DNA of 64,000 nt, from contig CBDDFZ010000002.1 of the NCBI GenBank assembly GCA_965227515.1, positions 832,001-896,000 of the forward strand. The letters run 5' to 3'. The notes under the pieces were generated by a model. That model was not told where the DNA came from and did no database searches. It was given only the letters and a program-made list of their open reading frames with translations. This DNA comes from Alphaproteobacteria bacterium (GTDB lineage: Bacteria; Pseudomonadota; Alphaproteobacteria; CALKHQ01). The position numbers and the translations under genes were made by a program. Positions 8,841 to 18,393 of the stretch are shown here, one piece after another. Position 1 is the stretch's first letter; every line of letters starts with the position of its first letter.

Positions 8841-11018
8841 TCAGTTGCAGATCGCCTGCTCCGGAGAACCGGTGTCGGCGACGGCCGGCGTCAGCACGCA
8901 CGATGCCTCGGCCAGATAGGCGCAGCGGAACTCACCCATGAAGCCGCTGTCGAAACACCGGCCGCGATCCAGCCCAACCATGTTGCGGAAGCTGACCGAC
9001 GCAACCGTACCGCCCTGCGCATCGCAGTTCAGGCGGGCCGTCGTTTCGGCCTGGGCCTTGGCGGCCAGCAGCACATTGGTCGGGTTGAAGCCGGAGTCCT
9101 CGCCGATGCCGGAGGTCTGCACCAGCTGCGGTGGTTGCGGACGCACGCCGATGGTGCACGTGCCGTATGCGCGGGCGTTGCGGTGCAGGCGCTGTTCCTG
9201 GGCCACCGTCAGAAGGCCGGTCTCCGGCTCGCCGAGTTGGCGCTGGAACACGCGGATGGCGCTCTCGGTGCCCCAACCGGTGCGGCCGTCGATCGGCATC
9301 AGGTAGAGGCCGAGTTCGCCCAGCGAGCGCTGGATGCGCACCATCTCGTTCCACGACCGCTGCGGCGGCGCGAAGGCCACGACCATCGCGCTGCCGGTCT
9401 CGGTCAGGCTGGCGATGTCGGCTTCCAGCCCGTCCAGGGCCGCGATGGCGAACTGGTCCAGGCCGTCGGGCGTGGTGGCGTCGGTCACCTCGACAACCAT
9501 GGCACCGATGGCCAGCGCCGGGCCGACCAGCATGGAGCGCGCCGGCGCATCCACGTCCACCTCGACCTCGTTGCCCTGGAAGCCGGCGGGCGGCTCGATC
9601 CAGTCGCCCGAGGCGTCGATGGTGGCGGAGCCAAGACGCGGCAGCAGCGCGAGCTCGGACAGCGCGGGCGGCGTCTCGATGGGCGTGTCCAGGATCTCCG
9701 CGGTGGCGCTCTGGACCGGATCTGCGGCCTCGACGATCTCCTCCACGGCGGTCTCGGCAACCGCGTCTTCGGCAATTGCGTCTTCGGCAACCGGGTCTTC
9801 GGCGGCCGTATCCTGGACGATGACCGGTATGTCCGGCACGGCCGGGATTTCGACCTCGGCAACCTCGATTTCAGCATCCGGCACAGGGATCGCGATCTCC
9901 GCGAACGTGCTGAATGGCACGTCCGGTTCGCTCGCCACCGATTCCGGCGTCACCGTCTCGACGGCCACGCTGATCGACGGATCGCCGCCGAGCGCGTCAA
10001 GCCTGGACCGCGCGAGGTCGGCATAGAGGCCTTCCGGAAAACGGGTCAGGTAGGACGCGAAGTAGTCGGGATTGTCCGACCCCTCGATTGCGGTCCAATA
10101 GATCAGGTCGATCACCTCCGGCGCGACCGGCTGGTCGGCGCTGGCGGTGCCGGACAGCAGCGCCTCCAGGTCCAGGGCGCCGGGTGCCGGCGCGGCGTCG
10201 GCGCGCTGCGTGAACACGTCGGAGGCCGCATTGAAGTAGAAGCTGCCGACAACATCGGCGGCCACCCAGGGCACCTGGGCATGGTTCGTCTGGGCCATCA
10301 CCGTGCGGGCAACGGCATTGAACGTGGTCACCACGTCGATGCCCGGCGCGGTCAGCCAGTTGACCAGCGCGGACGTGAACGGGCTGTGTGCGCCGTCGGT
10401 CTCGTTCGTGGTGTGGCCAGGGGTTACAGCCGACACGACGATGAAGCCGCGGTCCGGCTCCAGGGCGGCGATGCCGGGGCCCACCTCGACGGTGCGGCCG
10501 CGTTCCTGCGCCGCGCGCGCCAGCAGGCGCGGCAGCTCGTTGCCGCGGGAGGCGTCCAGCAACACCACGCCCAGGTCGGGCGCGGCATCGCGCACTTCGC
10601 GCATCACCAGCGAGAGCTCGATGGCCTCGTAGGGCAGATCGCCGGAATCGCCGATGGATGCCGAGGTCGGCAACAAGAAGTTCTCGCCGCCGAACTGCAC
10701 CGCATGGCCGCTGTAGTAGAACAGGGCCAGTTCGGCATCGGTGGCGGCGTCGCCAAAGTCGCGCAAGGCGAGCTGCATGTCGCCGACGGCGCCATTCAGC
10801 ACCAGCGAGACCTCGAATCCGAGCGATTGCAGGGATGTCGCGATTGTGCTCGCGTCGTCGTAGGGCTGGGCGAGCGGAGCCAGTTCGACATAATCCTGAT
10901 TGCCGATAACAAGCGCCACTCGGCGTGCCGGGTCCGCCGCAGCGGAACTGGCCACCATCACGGCAGCCGCCACAATCCCGACCAATTGTGTACCTAAGCG
11001 TGGGTCCAACAAGGCCAC
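8841..11018 (-). CDS. secreted caspase-like (peptidase C14/p20) protein, catalytic Cys replaced by Ser, with acidic linker, PG-binding domain and Cys-rich C-terminus
   Basis: AGGAGGAG RBS plus GTG; RVALVIGNQDY, FYYSGHAVQ, VLLDASRGN, HSPFTSAL; IQRSLGELGLY...IDGRTGWGTESAIRVFQ PG_binding_1-like motif. Confidence 0.85.
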   Translation of the reverse strand: MALLDPRLGTQLVGIVAAAVMVASSAAADPARRVALVIGNQDYVELAPLAQPYDDASTIATSLQSLGFEVSLVLNGAVGDMQLALRDFGDAATDAELALFYYSGHAVQFGGENFLLPTSASIGDSGDLPYEAIELSLVMREVRDAAPDLGVVLLDASRGNELPRLLARAAQERGRTVEVGPGIAALEPDRGFIVVSAVTPGHTTNETDGAHSPFTSALVNWLTAPGIDVVTTFNAVARTVMAQTNHAQVPWVAADVVGSFYFNAASDVFTQRADAAPAPGALDLEALLSGTASADQPVAPEVIDLIYWTAIEGSDNPDYFASYLTRFPEGLYADLARSRLDALGGDPSISVAVETVTPESVASEPDVPFSTFAEIAIPVPDAEIEVAEVEIPAVPDIPVIVQDTAAEDPVAEDAIAEDAVAETAVEEIVEAADPVQSATAEILDTPIETPPALSELALLPRLGSATIDASGDWIEPPAGFQGNEVEVDVDAPARSMLVGPALAIGAMVVEVTDATTPDGLDQFAIAALDGLEADIASLTETGSAMVVAFAPPQRSWNEMVRIQRSLGELGLYLMPIDGRTGWGTESAIRVFQRQLGEPETGLLTVAQEQRLHRNARAYGTCTIGVRPQPPQLVQTSGIGEDSGFNPTNVLLAAKAQAETTARLNCDAQGGTVASVSFRNMVGLDRGRCFDSGFMGEFRCAYLAEASCVLTPAVADTGSPEQAICN

Positions 11019-11096
11019 CTCCTCCTAGAAGCTGACCGGCCGCATCGAGAAAGACGATGCTGGGATGCCATCAGTCGAAGGTTGGGTTCGTTCTGG

Positions 11097-11144
11097 TAAA
11101 CGAAGAGTTAACACCAAGATTAATGTCACGTTTAATTCCCTTAA
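11097..11144. promoter_or_regulatory. cluster of TTAA half-sites (CtrA-like) between divergent genes
   Basis: TAAA-N7-TTAAC at 11097..11112; TTAA at 11108, 11120, 11132 and 11141. Confidence 0.4.
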
Positions 11145-11325
11145 TGTCTAGCCGCGATGCCCGGCGCTCCAGGGGTTGCTCCATCGGGCGATCCAGGGCC
11201 GGCACTGCGCGTACCCTCGACGTCCCGGCGTCGACAACGCTATGGTGCGCCGCGACGCGGGAACGAGGTCGGCCGGGCGGCGACCGTCCGGCAGAAGTTG
11301 GTTAAGGATTGGCTGCGACTGGACC

Positions 11326-13344
11326 ATGATCATGCACAGACGGCTGAACTGGCGCACCGGCGGTATCTTGTTGATGGCCGCGGTTTTCCTGGCGATATTC
11401 CAGGCCCCGGCCTTGGCGCAGAACTGCACGCAGAACCAGGTGCAGCTCTCCCAGGCGCTGACCGATTCCGAATCCGCGCTGGTGCAGGTCCGCCAGTCGC
11501 TCGATGCGTTCGGGCGCGATCTGATCGGGCCGCGCGACGGCCCGCTGGACGCCAGCCAGGTCAGTGCGGTGACCACCCAGATGGACGCCTACGTTAACGC
11601 GTTGACGTCGTTCGAGGGCCAGGTGCGCCAGTACGTGCCGGCCTGCGGCCCCGGCTTCGCCGCCGACGCGGACCGCCTGAGCGGGCTGATCGGCGACTTC
11701 CGCGCGCAGCGGGAGCGTGCCGACCGGCTGTTGGCCGACCACACCGCCCTTGTGCAGTCGGGCGAGCCGGCGATGAGCCAGGGCGAGATGGAAGCCGTGC
11801 AGCTCGCGCTTGCCGCGCTGGGCCACTACAACGGCGGCGCCGATGGGCGCTTCGGTCCCGGCACCCGTGGCGCCATCTCCGCCTTCCAGGCCGCGCAGGG
11901 GCAGCCGCAGACCGGCTACCTGACGCCGGATCAGCGCCAGGCCCTGCTGACCCAGGCGGCGCAGACCAATCAGCCGCCGAACCCCAACACATCGGACCCG
12001 AATACGCCGGTGCCTGGCACGCTGCCGCCGGCACCGCCGGTCGCCGACAATCCGCCGCCGGCGCTTGACCCGCAGACCGCCCAGATCTGCCAGCAGAACA
12101 CGGCGGAGGTGGAGAACGCGGTCACCCAGGCCAGCACCTTCCGCCAACAGATCACCGCGCGGGTCAGCGCATTCCGCACGGCGACGCGCGGGCCGCGGGT
12201 GCCGGAGATCGACGAGGACGAGGGCACGCGCATCATCTCGGAGATCGACAGCTACGTGCCCGCGCTGGAGAACTTCCAGCAGCAGGCGGGCGCGGTCGCC
12301 GGGCAGTGCGGTGCAGCGTTCGACGACGCGCTGTCGCGCCTGGGCAGCCAGATCGACGGGCTGCGCTCGCAGCGCCAACGCGCCGGTGTCGTGGTGGATG
12401 CGCTGAACACCCTCCTTGCCTCCGGCGAGCCGCCGATGGACGAGGAGACCATGCAGGACGTGCAGACCGGGCTGAAGGCGTTGGGCCACTATGGCGGCCC
12501 CATCGACGCGCTGTTCGGCTCCGGCACCAGGCGGGCGATCAGTGCCTACCAGACCCAGATCGGCCAGCCCGCCACCGGCTACCTGACTGCGGCCCAGATC
12601 ATCGCGTTGCGCGATGCGGCGGCCCCGGCGCCGACTCCGACGCCCACGCCAAACCCGCCGACACCGACCCCCACTCAAGATCCGCCGCCGAACCCGCTGC
12701 TCTCCGGCACGTCCGGCAACAACGCCGGCACCTCCGGCGGGCAGACGCCGGTGGTGCAGGTGCGGGCCGAACTGGCCGAGGCCCTGTCCCAGAAATCGGC
12801 ACCGCCGCTGATGTCGAGCGGTGGCGGCTCATCCGGGCTGGCGCTTGAGGATGCGCTGCATTGGCTGACGGCAAACCAGCCGCAGCGGCTGATCGACGAG
12901 CGGGCGAGCCTGGTTGGCGAGATCTATCTCGACAACGGGCCGGACACGGTGGCGATGGCCGATGCGCACGTGCTGATCGCGGAGGCCTATGCCCAACTCG
13001 GTCTGTTCGGCGATGCGGTCTATCACGCCGAGCGCGCCGGCGAGGTGTGGGTGGACGCCGGCGGCAGCGCCGAGGCGGATCGTGCCCGCATGCTGGCGCA
13101 GATCGCCACCATGCGGCTGGCCCGCGCGTTGACCCGCGCCGACGATGCGACGATCTCCGGCGCCGAGTTCGACCAGATCCTGGCCTATCTGAACGAGGCT
13201 CGTAACGCGGCGTCGCAGGCCCTGCCAAGCGACGATCCGCTGCAGGCGGCGATCGTCGACAGGCTGGCCGATCTCCATGTCGCGGCAGGCCGTTCGGCCA
13301 GCGACAGCGCGATCCGCAGCTCGATCTCGGCCCGCTACGGCTGA
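11326..13344 (+). CDS. secreted protein with two helical+PG-binding repeats, Pro-rich linkers and a TPR-like C-terminus
   Basis: Signal peptide ending ALA; VQLALAALGHYNGGADGRFGPGTRGAISAFQ and VQTGLKALGHYGGPIDALFGSGTRRAISAYQ; start could also be 11332. Confidence 0.85.
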   Translation: MIMHRRLNWRTGGILLMAAVFLAIFQAPALAQNCTQNQVQLSQALTDSESALVQVRQSLDAFGRDLIGPRDGPLDASQVSAVTTQMDAYVNALTSFEGQVRQYVPACGPGFAADADRLSGLIGDFRAQRERADRLLADHTALVQSGEPAMSQGEMEAVQLALAALGHYNGGADGRFGPGTRGAISAFQAAQGQPQTGYLTPDQRQALLTQAAQTNQPPNPNTSDPNTPVPGTLPPAPPVADNPPPALDPQTAQICQQNTAEVENAVTQASTFRQQITARVSAFRTATRGPRVPEIDEDEGTRIISEIDSYVPALENFQQQAGAVAGQCGAAFDDALSRLGSQIDGLRSQRQRAGVVVDALNTLLASGEPPMDEETMQDVQTGLKALGHYGGPIDALFGSGTRRAISAYQTQIGQPATGYLTAAQIIALRDAAAPAPTPTPTPNPPTPTPTQDPPPNPLLSGTSGNNAGTSGGQTPVVQVRAELAEALSQKSAPPLMSSGGGSSGLALEDALHWLTANQPQRLIDERASLVGEIYLDNGPDTVAMADAHVLIAEAYAQLGLFGDAVYHAERAGEVWVDAGGSAEADRARMLAQIATMRLARALTRADDATISGAEFDQILAYLNEARNAASQALPSDDPLQAAIVDRLADLHVAAGRSASDSAIRSSISARYG

Positions 13345-14324
13345 CCGGAACTGGCAGGACCGGCCGTCGTTTCGGCGTAGACCAGCGCCGCGGCGGCCAG
13401 GTCCTCCAGCGCGCAGCCGACCGACTTGAACAGCGTGATCTCGTCGGGTGCGCCGCGGCCCGGGTGGTCGCCGCGGCATAGCTCGGCGAGTTCCGCCGCG
13501 ATGGCGTCCTCCCCGATCAGCCCGTCTGCGATCGGCCGGCAGATGTCGCCGGCCTCGGCCAGACAGCCGGCACGGGTATCGACGAAAAGGGTCGCGCGGC
13601 GCACCGCCGTATCGTCGGCCTCGCGCATGTCGGGCCGAAACCCGCCCACCAGGTCCAGGTGCGTGCCGGGGCGCAGCCACTCGCCATGGATCAGCGGATC
13701 GGTGCTGGACGTGGCGCACGATATTATGTCGGCACGGCCAGCAGCCGACGCCAGATCGTCGACGATCTCGATGTGGAGTCCTTCGCCGGCAAGATCGGCG
13801 GCCAGCCGCTCGGCGCGGTCGGCGCCACGGTTCCACAGCAGGACCTGCCTGATCGGGCGCACGGCGGCATGGGCGCGCACCAGGTGCGGGGCCAGCGCGC
13901 CGGCCCCGACCATCAGCAGCACCGACGCATCCGTCCGGCTGAGATAGGAGGAGGCGAGCGCGGAAGCGGCCGCGGTGCGGCGCACGGTCAGTGCCTCGCC
14001 GTCGATCACCGCGCGCATGGCGCCGGTCGGGCCGTCCATCAGCGCATAGAGCGCGTGCACCGAGGGCAGGTTGCGGGCCGGGTTGCCTGGTACGAACGTC
14101 ACCAGTTTGACGCCGATGTCGACGTCGGGCCGCCACGCCGGCATCAGCAGCAGAACCGACGGCGCCTCTTTGTCCGATGGCACGGTGTGGTTGTGGCGGA
14201 CCGGCGCCTGGACATCGCCGGCAGCGAACGCCGCGCGCAACGCCTCGATGGTGCGCTCCGGCTGCAGAACGGCGGCAACCGCGGCACCGTCTATCATCCG
14301 CAGCGGAGGATTGGCGTCTCCCAC
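13335..14324 (-). CDS. ornithine cyclodeaminase/mu-crystallin family (LhpI-like imine reductase)
   Basis: LLLMPAW, GVKLVTFVPGN, LTVRRTAAASALA, GAGALA, TLFKSVGCALEDLAAA. Confidence 0.9.
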   Translation of the reverse strand: MGDANPPLRMIDGAAVAAVLQPERTIEALRAAFAAGDVQAPVRHNHTVPSDKEAPSVLLLMPAWRPDVDIGVKLVTFVPGNPARNLPSVHALYALMDGPTGAMRAVIDGEALTVRRTAAASALASSYLSRTDASVLLMVGAGALAPHLVRAHAAVRPIRQVLLWNRGADRAERLAADLAGEGLHIEIVDDLASAAGRADIISCATSSTDPLIHGEWLRPGTHLDLVGGFRPDMREADDTAVRRATLFVDTRAGCLAEAGDICRPIADGLIGEDAIAAELAELCRGDHPGRGAPDEITLFKSVGCALEDLAAAALVYAETTAGPASSGQP

Positions 14325-14357
14325 GGGTGCGCGGTCCGGCCTAGGAAGTGAATCGGG

Positions 14358-14747
14358 TCAGCGGGCCAGCACAGGCAGCAGGTTGCTGTCTTGTGCGCGG
14401 GTGCGCAGCGGCAGGGCCGACGTCGGCGGCGCGGGTGGCGGCGGATCCTGTGCCTCGGTCGCGGCTCCGCGAGCGCGCAGGGCGGCGATTTCGTCGCGCA
14501 GATCCTCGATCTCCCGGCGCCGCGCCCGTGCCCGCCGCCGTGCGCCGGCCGACGAGAAGAAGGCGGCAATCGCGCCGATGATGAAACCGATCAGCACCGC
14601 GGCCGCGAACCAAGCATAGAACGGCAGCGTCATCTGCCATGCCAGCGGCCACAGCTTGACCGTGGTGTCGAACGTGTTCGACAGCGCAAACGCCACCCCA
14701 ACCGCCAGCAGCGGCAGCACGATGATCAACGAGATGATGAAGTGCAT
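14358..14747 (-). CDS. lapA: LapA/DUF1049 family lipopolysaccharide assembly protein
   Basis: Two TM segments, FALSN, coiled C-terminus; lies directly downstream of ihfB as is typical. Confidence 0.75.
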   Translation of the reverse strand: MHFIISLIIVLPLLAVGVAFALSNTFDTTVKLWPLAWQMTLPFYAWFAAAVLIGFIIGAIAAFFSSAGARRRARARRREIEDLRDEIAALRARGAATEAQDPPPPAPPTSALPLRTRAQDSNLLPVLAR

Positions 14748-14833
14748 GGCAGGCCCTTCCTCGACCGGATTCACGGGCCGGACTATAGCACGGTTGCGAT
14801 GGTGGAAGGTGCGGCCCGTCGGCCCGGCGAAGC

Positions 14834-15118
14834 TCAGCCCTCGCCGTTCACCCGCTCGCGCAGTTCCTTGCCGGTCTTGAAGAACGGGATGTACTTGTCC
14901 TCCACCTCGACCGATTCCCCGGTGCGCGGGTTGCGGCCGATGCGCGAAGCCCGGTGCTTGACCGAGAACGCGCCGAAGCCGCGCAATTCCACCCGGTCGC
15001 CGCGGGCCAGCGCGTCGCTGATTTCGTCGAATATGGTGGCCACGATGCGTTCGACGTCGCGCTGGTACAAGTGAGGATTGCGCTGAGCCAACCGCTGGAT
15101 GAGTTCAGACTTGGTCAT
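14834..15118 (-). CDS. ihfB: integration host factor beta subunit
   Basis: [11 protein letters not shown]...[15 protein letters not shown]...GRNPRTGE...[12 protein letters not shown]. Confidence 0.97.
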   Translation of the reverse strand: MTKSELIQRLAQRNPHLYQRDVERIVATIFDEISDALARGDRVELRGFGAFSVKHRASRIGRNPRTGESVEVEDKYIPFFKTGKELRERVNGEG

Positions 15119-15477
15119 CGGATACCGGTATCACCCTAACCACCGTTCAGACGGGGCGACGATTGATGGGCCGCCCGCATCAGGCGCGCCCCGCCGCGCT
15201 GTCACCACCCTGGTGAAATGGTGTCGCACAATTGGGGTGTCGCGCCGGAATCCGGGCGGTAGTTGTCGCGGCCGACCGCGTCTCCTGCAACGCTGCCGGC
15301 ACGGCAACCAAAATCGTGCCACGTCGCCGTTCCGCGGTCAACACTAAGTATATGCTTTGTTTGGGTTTTTCTGGCGGGGGCGAAAATCCGCCCGCCCGGA
15401 CGCGCGTGACATTGCATTTGTGCGACAACCCCGGCAGTCTGCCGGCGCCGTTCGACCGACCGGGACTTGGCCCGAAA

Positions 15478-15966
15478 ATGACCCGCCTGGACAGTGTGAT
15501 CAACCGATTGCAGGCGCAGCGCGCGTGCATTGACGATGCCGTGCGCCGGATCGCCGGGATGGACGGTTGCGTGCTGGAGCTTGGGCTCGGCAACGGGCGC
15601 ACGTTCGACCATCTGCGCGACCGCCTGCCGGGCCGCGACATCTACGTGTTCGACCGCTTCGTGAGATCGCACCCCGACAGCACGCCCGACGAGGCGCACC
15701 TGTTCCTGGGCGACTTCGACGACACCCTGCCGCAGGCCGCTGCCCGGCTTGGCCGCACCGCGGTGCTGGCGCATTGCGACTTCGGCAGCGGACGCCCGGA
15801 AGTCGACGCCGAGATGGCGAAACGGCTGGTTGGGCTGTTGCGGCCGCTGCTGGCGCCCGGCGCCATCGTGCTCTCCGACCAGCCGTTGATTCTGGACGGT
15901 GGCACGCCGCTGCCACTGCCGGACGGCGTGGCGTCCGGCCGTTACCAGATGTTCCAGGCTAGCTGA
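15478..15966 (+). CDS. class I SAM-dependent methyltransferase-like protein (Methyltransf_17 type)
   Basis: MTRLDSVINRLQAQR...VLELGLGNGRTFDHLR...IYVFDR..HPDSTP. Confidence 0.8.
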   Translation: MTRLDSVINRLQAQRACIDDAVRRIAGMDGCVLELGLGNGRTFDHLRDRLPGRDIYVFDRFVRSHPDSTPDEAHLFLGDFDDTLPQAAARLGRTAVLAHCDFGSGRPEVDAEMAKRLVGLLRPLLAPGAIVLSDQPLILDGGTPLPLPDGVASGRYQMFQAS

Positions 15967-15976
15967 ACCCGAACAG

Positions 15977-16651
15977 CTATTTCCAACTCACGATCTCGTC
16001 CAACGGCTTGCGCTGGATGTCCGGCACCCGCGCATCGTCCGCCGGGTAGCCGACGACCAGCAGCAGGAACGGCTTCTCGTTCGCCGGCCGCTCCAGGATC
16101 TCGTTCAGGAAGCCCATCGGGCTCGGCGTGTGGGTGAGGGTGGCGAGCCCGGCCCGGTGGAGGGCCGTGATCAGCATGCCGGTGGCGATGCCGACGGACT
16201 CCGCCACGTAGTAGTGCTTCACATTGCGCCCGTCGGGCAGGGTGCCGTGGCGCTCGGCGAGGATCGCGATCAGCCAGGGTGCGGTCTCCAGGAATGGCTT
16301 TTCGGCGTCGGTGCCCAGGGGCGCCAGGGCTGTCAGCCACTCCGTGCTCGCCCGCTCGGCATAGAACGCGCGTTCCTCCTCTTCGGCCGCGACCCGGATG
16401 CGCGCCTTCACCGCCGCGTCCGATACCGCCACGAAGTGCCAGGGCTGCATGTTGGCGCCGGATGGCGCACTGCCCGCCGCGCGCAGTGCCTGCGCGATCA
16501 ACGTGCGCGGCACCGTCCGGTCGGAGAAGTCGCGCACCGTGTGGCGCAGGTGCAGGTGGTCGGCGAATGCGGTCGTCGCGGCGACCGCTTCGTCCGGCGC
16601 GGGCCGGTCGACGGCGGGCAGCGGAATTGTCTTGGGTGCAAGGGCGGTCAT
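15977..16651 (-). CDS. nitroreductase family, iodotyrosine deiodinase (IYD)-like
   Basis: [73 protein letters not shown]; ATGA overlap with the LysR stop. Confidence 0.85.
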   Translation of the reverse strand: MTALAPKTIPLPAVDRPAPDEAVAATTAFADHLHLRHTVRDFSDRTVPRTLIAQALRAAGSAPSGANMQPWHFVAVSDAAVKARIRVAAEEEERAFYAERASTEWLTALAPLGTDAEKPFLETAPWLIAILAERHGTLPDGRNVKHYYVAESVGIATGMLITALHRAGLATLTHTPSPMGFLNEILERPANEKPFLLLVVGYPADDARVPDIQRKPLDEIVSWK

Positions 16652-17547
16652 TGCGGCTCCGATTGTTGCAGCAGCCAGTCGCGGAAGCGCGCGATCTTGG
16701 GCCGCTCGGCGGTCGCGGGCGGGCAGACGATCCAGTAGGCGAAGTCGGCGGGGATGGCATCGGCCAAGGGGCGCACCAGCCGCCCGTCCGCCAGGTCGAG
16801 CGCGGCGAGCGCGCTCCGCGCCAGCGCGACTCCTTGGCCGGCAATGGCGGCGTCGATGGCAAGACTGGTCTGGTTGAACACCGGGCCGTGGTCGAGGTCG
16901 AAACTTGCCGGGTCGGCGCCCACCGCGCGCAGCCAGTGCGGCCAGCCCTCGCGGCTGCGGTCGTGGATCAGCACGAAGCGCGCGAGGTCTGCGACGGAGG
17001 ACAGCCGGTCCCCGGCGAGCAGGCCGGGGCTCGCCACCGGGAACATCTCCTCCGCGCAAAGCCGGGTGACATGGAGGTGGGGCCATTCGCCGTCGCCGTG
17101 GCGAATGGCGACGTCGATGCCGTCACCGCTAAACGTGACGTGCTGCATGGCGGCGGATATGCGCAGATCGAGGTCGGGATGCGCCGACGTGAACGCGCCG
17201 AGCCGGGGCACCAGCCACTTGGCGGCGAAGTTGGGCGAGCAACTGACGGTCAGGATATTGCCGGTGTCCTGCGGGCGCAGGGCCTCCGCGCCCGCCCACA
17301 GCCGATCCAATGCCGCGCGGGCGAACGGCAGATAGGTGCGGCCCGCCGTGCTGAGCACGATGCCGCGCGCCTCCCGCTCGAACAGGCGGGCGCCGAGGCG
17401 CGCCTCCAGCTCGCGAATGCGGTGGCTGACCGCGCCCTGGGTCTGGCCCAGCTCCGCCGCAGCGCGGGTGAAGCTGGCCAGCCGCGCCGCTGCCTCGAAC
17501 GCGCGCAGCGCGCCGGTCGATGGCAGGTGCCCGGACTGGTCAGTCAT
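16648..17547 (-). CDS. LysR family regulator (GcvA-like)
   Basis: [38 protein letters not shown]; [10 protein letters not shown]; AIAGQGVAL. Confidence 0.93.
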   Translation of the reverse strand: MTDQSGHLPSTGALRAFEAAARLASFTRAAAELGQTQGAVSHRIRELEARLGARLFEREARGIVLSTAGRTYLPFARAALDRLWAGAEALRPQDTGNILTVSCSPNFAAKWLVPRLGAFTSAHPDLDLRISAAMQHVTFSGDGIDVAIRHGDGEWPHLHVTRLCAEEMFPVASPGLLAGDRLSSVADLARFVLIHDRSREGWPHWLRAVGADPASFDLDHGPVFNQTSLAIDAAIAGQGVALARSALAALDLADGRLVRPLADAIPADFAYWIVCPPATAERPKIARFRDWLLQQSEPQ

Positions 17548-17649
17548 TAAAAATTCTCATGCTCTGGTGAATTGTTTTGGCTTTAATGCAGACTAGTTGG
17601 CCGCCAACATATTAGCAATGTTGAGATGAGCGCGGCGGGGTGAGTGGCG

Positions 17650-18393
17650 ATGACAATGCAATCGATCGGTGCGGATGCGTTGGGCGCGGCAATCGGCCGG
17701 CCCGATGCACCGCTGATATTCGATGTCTGCCGAGCCGAGAAGTTCTGCGCGCACGAGCGGGTCATTGCCGGCGCGCGCTGGCGCGATCACATGATGACCG
17801 ACACGTGGGGTCCGCAAGTGCCGGCCGGTGCCGAGGTCGTCGTCTATTGCGTCCACGGCCACAATGTCAGCCAGCTTGCCGCAGCGCGCTTGCGCAATCT
17901 GGGGGTCCGCGCAAGGCACCTGGACGGCGGCATCGAGCACTACCTCTCGCTGGGCCATCCGTCGGTGCTGCGCCGGCCGCACCCGCATGGCGCGACCGAC
18001 CGCGCCAGCCGGTGGGTCACCGCGCCGGGCGGCGGCGTGGACCGGCTGGCGTGCTGCTGGTTCATCCGGCGGTTCCTGGATCCGGCGGCCGCGTTTCACG
18101 TCGTGGAAGGAGAGTGGGTGGCGGACGTGGCAGAGGAATTGGAAGCTGCTGCCTTCGGGTGCAGGGACGCGCTGCCCGATCTCGGCGCGATGATCGCGCA
18201 CTACAGTATCGAGGTTGACGCGTTGCATGAGGTGGCCGGCGCACTGTCGCGCCCGGAGGCCGGCATTGCCGCTATTCTGGCTGGGCTCGCCTGCCTCTAC
18301 AAGGATGACAGGGTGCTGATGGCCCAGGCGATGCCGGTGTTCGACGGGCTTTATGCCGAGGCGCAAGCCGTCGCGTCACGGGCGGCGGCATGA
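17650..18393 (+). CDS. chrB: rhodanese + ChrB C-terminal domain protein (chromate resistance ChrB-like)
   Basis: VVVYCVHGHNVSQ rhodanese loop; RWVT....VDRLACCWFIRRFLDP; GI.AILAGL...DD..L....VFDGLY. Confidence 0.8.
   Translation: MTMQSIGADALGAAIGRPDAPLIFDVCRAEKFCAHERVIAGARWRDHMMTDTWGPQVPAGAEVVVYCVHGHNVSQLAAARLRNLGVRARHLDGGIEHYLSLGHPSVLRRPHPHGATDRASRWVTAPGGGVDRLACCWFIRRFLDPAAAFHVVEGEWVADVAEELEAAAFGCRDALPDLGAMIAHYSIEVDALHEVAGALSRPEAGIAAILAGLACLYKDDRVLMAQAMPVFDGLYAEAQAVASRAAA

Noticed and set aside
8307-10997. 896-aa plus-strand ORF
   Set aside because: Antisense shadow of the caspase-like gene; no motifs; expected from high GC3
15304-15321. Possible sigma54 promoter upstream of ihfB (TGGCACGATTTTGGT)
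   Set aside because: Lacks GC at the required GG-N10-GC position
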